From assembly GCA_023898725.1 (NCBI GenBank), contig CP060236.1, forward strand, positions 807,086-871,085: a DNA stretch of 64,000 nt, given 5' to 3'. A program made the translations under genes and the position numbers. Every line of letters starts with the position of its first letter. Position 1 is the stretch's first letter. The notes below the pieces were generated by a model. The model was not told the DNA's origin. It saw only the letters and a program-made list of their open reading frames with translations, and ran no database searches. Below are positions 39,978 through 49,851 of this stretch, in pieces. This DNA is from Alphaproteobacteria bacterium. GTDB lineage: Bacteria > Pseudomonadota > Alphaproteobacteria > JAUHZC01.

Positions 39978-40871
39978 ATGATTCCATTGAAAAAAAAATC
40001 ATATTTAATCAGAGTAATTTTATTATTATCCATAGGTGAAACTTCTTTTATTTCTGCCTGCGCCGAGAGCATTCTTGACGATAGTGTTGCCACACAAGCA
40101 GTTGGATGCTCAGAATATCCTGCTGTGTGGAATTCTTTTCCCAAAAAAATCAGGATGTGGTTACCAGGGGATCGCCCCCTGCATCGCGGACGGGAACTGT
40201 CTCAAAATAGTTTAATTCAGACGCTGAAGGATTTTCCAGACATTTCCTGGGATGACTTATCCCCCCATCAAAAGCGTTTAATTGGGTGTGCGCGTGATGC
40301 GGAAGTACGCTGGGCAGAGATGAATGCGCGCGCTTCCCAACGCAGTGTACTATCGGGGGCTGTTGCAGAAGGATTACTGCTTTCTGACGATGAATATGTG
40401 CGTCATGTAGCGCCAAATATCCCGCGATGGTTGCGCACGTGGCTGCCGAGCGATCTTCTCTTGAGTGCGCGAGGACCGCAGGCAGACAAGAACATGCTTC
40501 TTTCTGAATTGCGGCGTATATACAACCCTTCGCCTGAAAGCGTACATGAGGGTAGTAGCTTTTCGTGGGGTGCGCTAGACAAATTTCACAAAGATCGGAT
40601 TGAAAAACAAAAAAAACGTATGCAGAATATGCACAGACGCCAGAAACGCAAGAGTCGTAGGCAATTTGTTAGTCCCGGGCGTGCTTCTTTTTCTGGTAAA
40701 TCAAAAGCCTCCCATCGCGGTGTTTTGGGTCGAGGGTATTCTGTGCGCGCCTATCTTGCTATGACGGAAGAAGAAGATAGAGACAGTTTTTACGGTTATC
40801 AAGCCGATGAAGATAGCTCTGCTGCTGAGGCGTCCATAAATGGCAAAGAAAATAAAGAGCCTAGAGGATAG
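39978..40871 (+). CDS. hypothetical secreted protein with basic C-terminal tail
   Basis: Signal peptide (LIRVILLLSIGETSFISACA) and no recognisable domain. Confidence 0.4.
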   Translation: MIPLKKKSYLIRVILLLSIGETSFISACAESILDDSVATQAVGCSEYPAVWNSFPKKIRMWLPGDRPLHRGRELSQNSLIQTLKDFPDISWDDLSPHQKRLIGCARDAEVRWAEMNARASQRSVLSGAVAEGLLLSDDEYVRHVAPNIPRWLRTWLPSDLLLSARGPQADKNMLLSELRRIYNPSPESVHEGSSFSWGALDKFHKDRIEKQKKRMQNMHRRQKRKSRRQFVSPGRASFSGKSKASHRGVLGRGYSVRAYLAMTEEEDRDSFYGYQADEDSSAAEASINGKENKEPRG

Positions 40872-40997
40872 TTTCCCTGTCTGTGTATGGTTCAATATCT
40901 GGTCCGTATATCCGGTAAACCCTTTCTTGTTTGATGTCAAAAATAAGCGAGTCTCTTTGTAGGCCTCATCTGTGAGGGAGTGATGGCTTCGTGTGTG

Positions 40998-42443
40998 TCA
41001 AGCCTCACCCTGGACTTTGGTGTAGAAAAGAGTATTTCCCTGCACGAACAATTTTTTGATTGTTGACCAAGGTAATGTTGCTGAAAGACCACTGAGGAAT
41101 TGGAGGATGAAGGCATCAGAGAGTGTTCCCTCCAAGGACAGTAATCGACACTGCCAGGATGAGTTGCACGCTGGTTTCATCCCCACATCCGGATATACTT
41201 TGATTCCTCGATTCGCAATCATGGAAAGGTGCATGGGGAGACCAAGGCATGCTCGTTCTAAAATTCCTCCAATTTCTGTAACAGGTAGGCGGCTATCAAT
41301 GAATACATCGATTCCCGTGCACGTGACATCTTTGGGTATGGTTATACTTGGTTTTATTTGGCGCATATCAATGGTTTTATAGGTGCGAGCAATCGCTCCC
41401 ACCGGAGATTTTCCCAGGTTATTAATAATGCGATCGGTAAAGTCAGAGGTAGTTACACCCCCACCAGACTGAAAAACATCACGGGTCAGATATCCTTCTT
41501 CTAGGGTGACAAAAAGAGCATTTTCAAGAGCGGTTGCTGCGTGTATTTCTCCAATATGTCGCAACATCATTGTGCCCGAAAGAAGAACGGCTGTGGGGTT
41601 TATCATGTTTTTCCCTGCATATTTGGGTGCAGAACCATGAACAGCTTCAAAAATAGCAATATCACTGCCAATGTTTGCGCCAGGAGCAAACCCCAGCCCA
41701 CCCACCAATCCAGAAGCAAGATCCGATAAAATATCACCGTTCATGTTCGTCATTACAAGACAGTCAAACTTTTCAGGCGATCGTACCAACTGGTGTGCGC
41801 AGTTATCTACGATAATATGGTGCGATTCAATGTCGGGATACTCTTTTGAGACATTTTCGAAAACATGCTTCATCATACCTTCTGTAAGCTTCAGAATGTT
41901 GGCCTTTGTTGCACAGTGAAGCGTTTTTCGCCCCTCAGAGCGTGCGAACTCATAAGCAAAACGGATAATTTTTTCACACCCTTCGCGTGTAATCAATTTT
42001 AATCCCTCAGCTGTTTCTGCGTTTGTCATATACTCAATGCCTGCATAAAGATCTTCAACATTTTCACGGATTAAAACAAAATCAATGGGGACATCGGAGT
42101 AAGGAGTATTGACGTTAGGAAAATTTCTGACTGGTCGAATATTAGCAAACGTTTCAAAACATTTGCGCAAGGTTACATTGGCGCTTTTTTCACCAAAACC
42201 AATGGGGGTTTCTAAAGGTCCCTTGAGCACAGTTTTATTTCGGTTGATGGAGTCAAGTGTTTCTTGTGGAATGCCTGTGGCAATACCCTTGTGAAAGGCC
42301 TCGCAGCCGGCTATGCATTCTTCCCAGATGATGTTAAGGCCTATGGCATCAATGATCCTGCGGGTGGCGGTGATCACTTCCCGGCCGATCCCATCTCCGT
42401 AAATCAGTGAAATTGTATGTGTCATAGAATTTAGATGAGTCAT
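40998..42443 (-). CDS. icd: isocitrate dehydrogenase (isocitrate/isopropylmalate dehydrogenase family) with ~135-aa C-terminal extension
   Basis: The first ~345 aa align with prokaryotic IDH (LIYGDGIGREV, SANVTLRKCFETFANIRPVRNF, LIRENVEDLYAGIEY, HGSAPKYAGKNMINP). An unrelated ~135-aa tail follows. Confidence 0.75.
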   Translation of the reverse strand: MTHLNSMTHTISLIYGDGIGREVITATRRIIDAIGLNIIWEECIAGCEAFHKGIATGIPQETLDSINRNKTVLKGPLETPIGFGEKSANVTLRKCFETFANIRPVRNFPNVNTPYSDVPIDFVLIRENVEDLYAGIEYMTNAETAEGLKLITREGCEKIIRFAYEFARSEGRKTLHCATKANILKLTEGMMKHVFENVSKEYPDIESHHIIVDNCAHQLVRSPEKFDCLVMTNMNGDILSDLASGLVGGLGFAPGANIGSDIAIFEAVHGSAPKYAGKNMINPTAVLLSGTMMLRHIGEIHAATALENALFVTLEEGYLTRDVFQSGGGVTTSDFTDRIINNLGKSPVGAIARTYKTIDMRQIKPSITIPKDVTCTGIDVFIDSRLPVTEIGGILERACLGLPMHLSMIANRGIKVYPDVGMKPACNSSWQCRLLSLEGTLSDAFILQFLSGLSATLPWSTIKKLFVQGNTLFYTKVQGEA

Positions 42444-42622
42444 TTTCTAAACTTTACACGAGTAGGAGGCTATTTTGTGAAATATTTTATCTCTTTAAAG
42501 GAAGAATAAGAAAATTGACATAAAGTCAAAAATCATATTGCCTAAAATACAGAAACATGAGTAGAGTGGTTGTTGGTATTTGTAGATTTGTAATAAATAC
42601 ACCCTAAAAATATGGATAAATT

Positions 42623-42877
42623 ATGTCAAAAAATATACAAGACCTTCAAGATACGTTTATGAATCAACTTCGGAAAGAAAGGGCTTCCGTTACCATTTTT
42701 CTGGTCAATGGCGTAAAATTGCAGGGGGTAATAACAGGGTTTGATAGTTTCACAGTTTTGTTGCGCCGCGAAGAACATTCACAGCTTATTTTTAAGCATG
42801 CCGTATCGACAATTTTACCCGTGGATCCTATTATCCTTAAAGAAATTGACTCTCTCCGTCTTAAAGAAATTACGTAA
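42623..42877 (+). CDS. hfq: RNA chaperone Hfq
   Basis: Sm1/Sm2 motifs ([25 protein letters not shown]...[11 protein letters not shown]). Confidence 0.95.
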   Translation: MSKNIQDLQDTFMNQLRKERASVTIFLVNGVKLQGVITGFDSFTVLLRREEHSQLIFKHAVSTILPVDPIILKEIDSLRLKEIT

Positions 42878-42984
42878 TACACACAACCTTCTTTATGTAA
42901 TCTCGTTTTTTATTGCGAATATTGTGCATCTTGCTTTCTATCTGTGATAAAGTTCTTCACGACGTGTAAAGAATGTGAGTATCG

Positions 42985-44319
42985 TTGAAAAAATCCGACG
43001 TTTCATTAGTATCGGTAGATAAAAACAAACAGACGTGTATCGTTATTCACCCAGAACATTATGTCCGGAAACCTTTGTACAGTGGCTATGTGTCATCGCG
43101 GACACATAGCGCCCAATTGGAAGAAGCAGAGGGTCTGGCGGCGGCTATAGATCTTCAGGTGTGTCATAGTTTTATTCAAAAAATCAGTAGTCCCAAGCCA
43201 GCAACCTACTTTGGTTCAGGATTCATCGATCATATTAGTGCGTTGGTGTCACAGGAAAATATTCCTGTTTGTATTATAAATACTACTATCTCACCGACTC
43301 AGCAGCGCAACCTTGAGAAATTACTCAACTGTAAGGTTCTTGATCGTACTGAACTTATCCTTGAAATTTTTGGTGCTCGTGCGCAATCCGCGGAAGGATC
43401 TTTGCAGGTAGAACTTGCATCACTACGCCACCAAATGACACGCCTTGTGCGCGCATGGACACACTTGGAGCGTCAGCGCGGAGGGCTTGGATTTATTGGT
43501 GGACCGGGCGAAACCCAGCTGGAAATGGATAAGCGTATGATTCGTCAGCGCATTCAGCGTATTGAGAAAGATCTGGCGAAAGTTGTTCAAACACGGGCGC
43601 TTCATCGCAAGTCACGCCAAAAAAACAAGATCCCAGTGGTAGCCCTTGTCGGCTATACGAATGCGGGAAAATCAACACTTTTTAACTATTTAACGCAGGC
43701 AAAAGTTCTTGAAAAAGACATGCTTTTTGCAACGCTTGATCCGACTATGCGGACGGTACAACTTCCCTCCGGGCGCTCCTGTATTCTTTCTGATACTGTT
43801 GGTTTTATCGCAAATCTTCCTCACGGTTTGATCAATGCCTTTCATGCAACATTAGACGAAGTGAACCAGGCGGATGCTATCATTCACGTGCGGGATGTTG
43901 CTCATCCCGATACAAATGATCAGGCGCGGGAGGTAGAGCGTGTTTTGGATGTTCTGGATATTCATACGCCACCAGAGCGTCGCTTGGAAGCATTAAACAA
44001 AAGTGACAAACTGCCTTTGGAAAATCGCCAAACTTTTGCTGATAACTCCCGACAGATAACAATCTCAGCGCGGACGGGTGAGGGGATTGGCCGATTACTA
44101 CAGATGCTCGATGCCTGCCTCGATTATGATAGGATCATGATACGTGTTTTGTGTGATCCTGGAAACACTCGCCTTCTCTCATTTTTGTATAAGCATACTG
44201 CTGTGCGGGAGATTAGGGATGATTCTCATGCGCTCTCTGTTCGGCTGGCAATTGACCAGGAAATTTACCCATTTATTGCACAAGAAGTAAAAGTACGAGG
44301 AGGTGAGGTGTGTACATGA
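42985..44319 (+). CDS. hflX: GTPase HflX
   Basis: G1 GYTNAGKST, G3 DTVGF and G4 NKSD motifs, in the conserved hfq-hflX arrangement. Confidence 0.9.
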   Translation: MKKSDVSLVSVDKNKQTCIVIHPEHYVRKPLYSGYVSSRTHSAQLEEAEGLAAAIDLQVCHSFIQKISSPKPATYFGSGFIDHISALVSQENIPVCIINTTISPTQQRNLEKLLNCKVLDRTELILEIFGARAQSAEGSLQVELASLRHQMTRLVRAWTHLERQRGGLGFIGGPGETQLEMDKRMIRQRIQRIEKDLAKVVQTRALHRKSRQKNKIPVVALVGYTNAGKSTLFNYLTQAKVLEKDMLFATLDPTMRTVQLPSGRSCILSDTVGFIANLPHGLINAFHATLDEVNQADAIIHVRDVAHPDTNDQAREVERVLDVLDIHTPPERRLEALNKSDKLPLENRQTFADNSRQITISARTGEGIGRLLQMLDACLDYDRIMIRVLCDPGNTRLLSFLYKHTAVREIRDDSHALSVRLAIDQEIYPFIAQEVKVRGGEVCT

Positions 44320-44400
44320 TCTTCTGGAACAATATGAATGTATTAAGAAAAATACTACGGAGGAAAAACTCCCTCTTTTGTCCATAAGGTCTTTGTGCGA

Positions 44401-45663
44401 TCAGGTTTGCTCCCAAAGATCAGGTGATATAAGAGCATGTGGTGCGCGCGCGCGCCGTGTACGCTCGGCATCAAATAAGGCTGTTGGCATTACATACGCT
44501 TTTCCACTGTTGCTGCGCAGGACAACTCCTGCTTTATGTTGCTGTAGTTGCTGTTGGGGTGCTAAGTTGAGAGCATGCATCCCATTGCGCAAGGTGCGCT
44601 CAAATGCCTCGTTACTGGTCCGGCGTGGATTTGCGTTGTGAATAAGGCGACGAATGGCATCTGGGCTGAGGCTGTGAGGATCACCCTTCTCTGGGGAATA
44701 GTCAATTCCCATCCGGATAAAGCGATCCCCTAGGTTAATTTGCAGGACCCTTTCCATATGCCGTGATGTAATTTCCTGTGGGTTTAAGGTGCTTTGATAA
44801 CCATGTGGAGTATTAAGATATCCAACAGCGATCATTCCGAGGGAATCCCAGGAACACCCCGTTTCATCTTTGAACGCAAGGAGGGAGGGTAGGGCTGTGT
44901 CTGGAATTATAGGAACAATGTCACGCAAGCGCCTGGTCACATCACCACGGCTAACAATAGCACGTGATTTAAATAACCCTTTTGTCGCTGATGTCGAGGC
45001 AATCACATCAACCAAAGTATAATCGTCCCCGGGGTTTGATCGTGCTTTTCCAGAAGCAAAAAGGTATTCGGCATTAGTACCACGAATACGCGTATGAAAG
45101 TAAATAGGTTTTTCAATGGAGCTTAGATAAGCCTCGCCAAAAATTTTTTGAAGTGTCCGGGTGAGGCAATCCCTATCAAACACGTGCCTGGGAGGGAAAC
45201 ACAAAAACCCACTTTTGCGCTTTAATAAATCGGGAAGGTTGTTTCGTAATAAGTTTTCAACATCAGTCACAGTGCGGTATTTTCCATTATTTTTTCGTGA
45301 GAAAAAAGCAGCAGCAAGAAAACTACCTGCAAATGAGGCACCTGCTCCAGCAGAAAATAACTCACCAATAGGTAATCCTGCTGCTGCTTCAATATATCGC
45401 AACTCCTGAAGAGCTGAAAAGCTAGAAGTCAGACCCGGAGCAATATATAAGAGCTTGTTGATAACGCTTGGAACAAGAGGTTTTCCTGAATCTGGGGGTA
45501 GTACTGTTCTTTCAAGAGTGCTAAGCCCCCCTAAATGGACGTGCTCTGAGGAAAGTGCGGCTATTGCCATTGATGCGTTAATAGGATTCATAAATACCTG
45601 CAGATTGGTTGTTACCCAGAAAGCGAGTATTGTTAGAATAAGGACATTTTGAATAATAACCAT
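44401..45663 (-). CDS. hypothetical protein (N-terminal hydrophobic segment, 420 aa)
   Basis: Long ORF convergent with hflX and no confidently recognised domain. Patatin-like motifs were checked and are not convincing. Confidence 0.4.
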   Translation of the reverse strand: MVIIQNVLILTILAFWVTTNLQVFMNPINASMAIAALSSEHVHLGGLSTLERTVLPPDSGKPLVPSVINKLLYIAPGLTSSFSALQELRYIEAAAGLPIGELFSAGAGASFAGSFLAAAFFSRKNNGKYRTVTDVENLLRNNLPDLLKRKSGFLCFPPRHVFDRDCLTRTLQKIFGEAYLSSIEKPIYFHTRIRGTNAEYLFASGKARSNPGDDYTLVDVIASTSATKGLFKSRAIVSRGDVTRRLRDIVPIIPDTALPSLLAFKDETGCSWDSLGMIAVGYLNTPHGYQSTLNPQEITSRHMERVLQINLGDRFIRMGIDYSPEKGDPHSLSPDAIRRLIHNANPRRTSNEAFERTLRNGMHALNLAPQQQLQQHKAGVVLRSNSGKAYVMPTALFDAERTRRARAPHALISPDLWEQT

Positions 45664-46281
45664 AGTTCCCTCCTGAACATGAGCCGCAACTAGAAAAGTT
45701 TTTTATAAATCAATAAAAAAGCGGCGGTCTAGGGCTGTATTAATTGTAAATAATAAATATTAACGAAGCGTTAAATTTGACTTATTGGAAATAAAGACAA
45801 TATTACAGTGACACAAGATCGATGTATATTTTTTATAATGTGAGTAAGAGTGGAGAAGGCGCATCGCCGTTTCTACCAACGAATAGCTATCATCAATATT
45901 TCGCTGTATGAAGCGCGTTAAGAATAAAGGAGTTATGTTCCGAAAGTCCTCGACTTTTTTTGTACCCTTATTCTTTACAACAAGCTTGTAATGATATGTG
46001 CATGAAAGAGGATTAGAGGCTTTAGTTGTGGGCCCTTGATTCAGGCATGCACAGACGCTTAAGGATCCCAGAAAAGCCATCCTCTTGGGAAGCAAGGAAA
46101 GAATTTGTACAGAATAAAGAACTACGATGATTACGCATCCTAAAACAGAAGCCCCCCATACGGAATACGGAGAGCATCTGATTGTATTGATAACAAGGTA
46201 TGTTGCTTGTTCACTAATAGTGAACAGAGTACGTACTATTCACACCTTTTTCGTAGGCACACGACAGAAAGTGAGAGGTGA

Positions 46282-47322
46282 TCACATCCAGTCATAGACA
46301 CCCAAGTTTTCCGCACCAGAGCCTTCGGCATCAGTTGCTGGTTCATACCCCCCTGAATTATCGAAACTGTTAAGGTCATCGAAATTACCAATATCAGAAG
46401 CATCAGGACTACCAAATTCTGGGATATTTGATCCGCCCCATTCATTGTTGTCAACGCTACCAACATCGGATCCACCAAAGTCTTGAAAATCATCGAATCC
46501 CCCAAAGTCCTGAAAATTATCAAGCCCCAATCCTTCATGTTTCTCACGAATAATTTGATTGTTTTGGGCAGCAAGATCTTGCATTTCTTGTTGTTCTTTT
46601 TTCTTTTGCTCTATTGCCGATTGACGTGCCCTCATCGTTTCTGCAATTTGTTCCGCCTGTTGCTTAGCAGAATTGATGGCTGCTGTGTACGCGGCCTTGT
46701 TTTTGTTTTCAACCATACGATTGAAGTTTGATATACGGTTATTGTAATACATAATTATTTTTGGAAGAAGCATCCCCTCTGTTACCTGTTTACTTTTTAA
46801 GAGTGCGTTCAGGTAGTTTTTTATCTGGTGGGGATCACAACTTTTGAGGGCCAAAGGAAGCTTTTCTTTTTTTGCACCCCAAGAACGAAATTTTGTGGAG
46901 CAAGCTGCACGTGATGTCTTGGAGGTGACACTGGGATGCTGTTGAGCATGCTGGATAGCCTTTGCTAAATTCAATCCCTGCAAGGGCATTGTTGGAAGTG
47001 TTGGGTACATGGTGTATGCTTCCCTTATACCCCCTGGCAGTGTAGGTGTTTCCATGTGTTTTATCTCTAGTTTGGGAGGTACCACATAGTTTGAGTGAAT
47101 GGGACCTTGACCCGAAGACTGTTGCATGACACTTCCAGAAGGCTGTCGGGCAAGTTGCCTATTTTGAGCAAAGCTCCCAGAGGGTTTCCGCACAAGTTGC
47201 CTCGTAGATGCAGGTTTCTTTTTTGCAAAAGGGTTCCATGCGGCATCACAGTGAGAGGCCGAAGTGAAAACAAATGACAGTGTGAGTACTTTTAGAATTT
47301 TTTTATTCATAGAATATACCAT
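46282..47322 (-). CDS. hypothetical secreted protein with central coiled-coil and acidic C-terminal DF/G-rich repeats
   Basis: Signal peptide (MNKKILKVLTLSFVFTSASHCDAA), a Gln/Lys-rich coiled-coil, and a C-terminus of DNFQDFGGFDDFQDFGGSDVGS... repeats. Confidence 0.5.
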   Translation of the reverse strand: MVYSMNKKILKVLTLSFVFTSASHCDAAWNPFAKKKPASTRQLVRKPSGSFAQNRQLARQPSGSVMQQSSGQGPIHSNYVVPPKLEIKHMETPTLPGGIREAYTMYPTLPTMPLQGLNLAKAIQHAQQHPSVTSKTSRAACSTKFRSWGAKKEKLPLALKSCDPHQIKNYLNALLKSKQVTEGMLLPKIIMYYNNRISNFNRMVENKNKAAYTAAINSAKQQAEQIAETMRARQSAIEQKKKEQQEMQDLAAQNNQIIREKHEGLGLDNFQDFGGFDDFQDFGGSDVGSVDNNEWGGSNIPEFGSPDASDIGNFDDLNSFDNSGGYEPATDAEGSGAENLGVYDWM

Positions 47323-47481
47323 AAATTAGCGACTCTAATTACTGTATAGTTCTATTACTAATTATTTGTTAATTATCTGAAAAATAATAATATAGATACC
47401 TCAAACAATGAACCTTTGTGCGTTAAGGTTCCGCTGTGGCGTCCCAATGCGTGCAACAGTTCCCTGTTTTGTTGGCCCGCT

Positions 47482-48741
47482 CTAATCTGTGGTAGAATCA
47501 GGCTGTGTGTCGTGCTCTTGCAATGAGGTCACAGCAACCTCTGCTGTGACAGGTGATGTAGGTAAAGAAAGAGCAACCTCGCTTACCTGAGGGGATCCCT
47601 TGCTCTTATCATGAAATGAACGGTGAATAAAAAAGAACGCCATCGCAGCAGACGTACAGATATAGTAAAGTAAAAGACCATTTCGCCCGAGAACACCCAT
47701 AAGCCCTGATGCAGCAACAGGTCCTATAATGCAGCCGATTCCATACGCAAGTAAGAGTCCTTGTGTTGCCTCAACCAGGTGCTTGCGATCCATTTGCGCG
47801 CAAGTGTGATTGATGCTTACAGGATAAAGTGTAAAGGTTGCCCCCCCTAGAAGCATGAATAAAATGGGTAACTGTACCTCCATGCGAACGGGTAGGGCAA
47901 GAATAATTGTGCAAATCAAGCACATCATGAGGCTCAGAAGATACATCACTTTACGCTTATCCATGAGATCAGAGACGTATGAAACAGGGTACTGTAAAAC
48001 CATTGCACCTCCTATGATGGAAGCCATGGCATTGGCCAAAGCGTGCTCGCTGTATCCTGAATCTCCGAAGTACAAGGGCATTATAGAAAAAATAGCGCTA
48101 TTAATGGCACCCGCGCCAAAACATCCGACAACTCCTGATGCTGAAATGGTATAAAGTTTTTTGAGTGTCAGTGCTTCTGGTTCGTGCACATCCGGTGAAA
48201 CAATGCGTGTAATAGTGAGTGGTACAATGGAAAAACATGTCAACATACTGGCCATGCAAAATTGATTGAGGGAATTAATAGGAAAGAGTTTAATAAGAAG
48301 TTGCCCTGCTGCTTGTGATGCATAGAGCGCAATCATATAAAGCGCCAAAAACACACCACGTCGATGCAAGGGAGCCGCATCAAGAAACCAGCTCTCAATA
48401 ACAATATACACCCCTCCCATGCAAAAGCCCACGAGGGCCCGTAAGGGAATCCATGTAAGTGGGGATATGTAAAGGCCTGTGCATAAAATAATTCCAGCAA
48501 TAGTTCCGGCGCATGCCGTATATGCGCGAATATGTCCCACGCGCTTAATGAAGTGAGCCATAGTAAATGTTCCGGCAACCATCCCTGCGTACAGCGCAGA
48601 CCCTGTCAAGCCAATAACCCATTCGGGTGCGCCAATATTACGAAGGCTCAGTGGAACAAGTGTTCCATAAAGACCCACACCAAGCATAATGAGTAAAATG
48701 CTAGCAAGAGGTGCTGAAAGAGCTGACAAAGAGGAAAACAT
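47482..48741 (-). CDS. MFS transporter
   Basis: 419 aa with 12 TM helices. Confidence 0.7.
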   Translation of the reverse strand: MFSSLSALSAPLASILLIMLGVGLYGTLVPLSLRNIGAPEWVIGLTGSALYAGMVAGTFTMAHFIKRVGHIRAYTACAGTIAGIILCTGLYISPLTWIPLRALVGFCMGGVYIVIESWFLDAAPLHRRGVFLALYMIALYASQAAGQLLIKLFPINSLNQFCMASMLTCFSIVPLTITRIVSPDVHEPEALTLKKLYTISASGVVGCFGAGAINSAIFSIMPLYFGDSGYSEHALANAMASIIGGAMVLQYPVSYVSDLMDKRKVMYLLSLMMCLICTIILALPVRMEVQLPILFMLLGGATFTLYPVSINHTCAQMDRKHLVEATQGLLLAYGIGCIIGPVAASGLMGVLGRNGLLLYYICTSAAMAFFFIHRSFHDKSKGSPQVSEVALSLPTSPVTAEVAVTSLQEHDTQPDSTTD

Positions 48742-48893
48742 GAGCGCGTATGAAAGTGTGTTAGGTTACGGTTTTACACGTTAGAATAGAAAGTGAAAGC
48801 TTAACATAACGTTAACAAGTAAATTATGCAGCCGAATAATGAAAAAAATCTGCTGTCGTTGTCATAAAGTCACAACATAGGGATTATACAGCA

Positions 48894-49343
48894 TCACTTG
48901 TTGTGGCGATACTTCCCAAAATTGCCAAAAAGTTGCTGAATAAAAGTACTGCGGTGCCCGCTTGTTTTGGTGGATACAGGTGTTGGGGTTACACCAGGAA
49001 TTGTGGTGCGCATCTCTTTGTCAATGCGGGAGAGTGTGCCATTTTTTGCAAACGTGAGGCGAATGGCTTGAAATTGAACAGTATCCGGGTGCATAAAACT
49101 TCTGCGTGTGGTGTGTTGATACGCATAAATCCATTGATTCTTGGCGAAGCTGTCAATAAATGTAGGTGATCCAAGCACTGTACGGACAGTTTCTTTGTCA
49201 TCTTTTTTTACGTGTACGCGGGCAAGGTCTTCCGGCTCGATCATATGACCCCGGTGATCATGTGTTTGGGCACACCCTGCAACAATGATTAGAGTGCACA
49301 TAAGGCCATGGAAGAAAAAACAACGTAATAACGTAAACATCAC
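48894..49343 (-). CDS. bamE: outer membrane protein assembly factor BamE-like lipoprotein (SmpA/OmlA family)
   Basis: Lipobox (LIIVAGC) and SmpA/OmlA-like core (VLGSPTFIDSFAKNQWIY). Confidence 0.6.
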   Translation of the reverse strand: MMFTLLRCFFFHGLMCTLIIVAGCAQTHDHRGHMIEPEDLARVHVKKDDKETVRTVLGSPTFIDSFAKNQWIYAYQHTTRRSFMHPDTVQFQAIRLTFAKNGTLSRIDKEMRTTIPGVTPTPVSTKTSGHRSTFIQQLFGNFGKYRHNK

Positions 49344-49851
49344 AATCTATCGATAATCTAATACCACCATTCATGCACGCTGTTTGCAAAAATGTCAACG
49401 CTTACGATAGTTCGCATGATAAATGAGCAGGCTATCTTTGCGTCATAGAATGACAGGCAAAAGTGGGGGCATAGGGGATATAGTTTTAGAAAAAAGAGAT
49501 GGCCTTGGTGTGGGCAATGATTATCTGTGGGCATTTTCCCAATTGACTGATGGGATGGGGTGTCCTAAGACTGACTGAATGCCCTTTGCTGTGTGTGGTT
49601 ATAAAAACATCGGTCAACATCTTTCTCCCCCTCTACGATACCCCCTGCTTTTAGAGTGTTATCAGGACTGTTTGTAAACAGAAAATACTCTCCTTCTTGT
49701 CACAAACCCACGCCTCTTTTTGTTCAAAATTTTCTCAGTGTGGTAGAATACGTATGAAAATACGTAATAATAAGTATTGATTATTAAATATTTCATTTTG
49801 GTAAATATTAATTTATAGTAAATATATTAAAACAAAAAAGAAAGCGCGAAA

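Noticed and set aside
44401-45663. Patatin-like phospholipase call for the 420-aa protein
   Set aside because: A Gly/Ser-rich stretch (SAGAGASFAGSF) superficially resembles a lipase motif, but there is no exact GxSxG and no GGGxRG oxyanion motif. It was left as hypothetical.
45760-46095. 111-aa minus-strand ORF with a lipobox-like LSVCAC
   Set aside because: It could be a small lipoprotein, but the region is AT-rich, the codon usage is unconvincing and it has no homolog-like features. It was not called.
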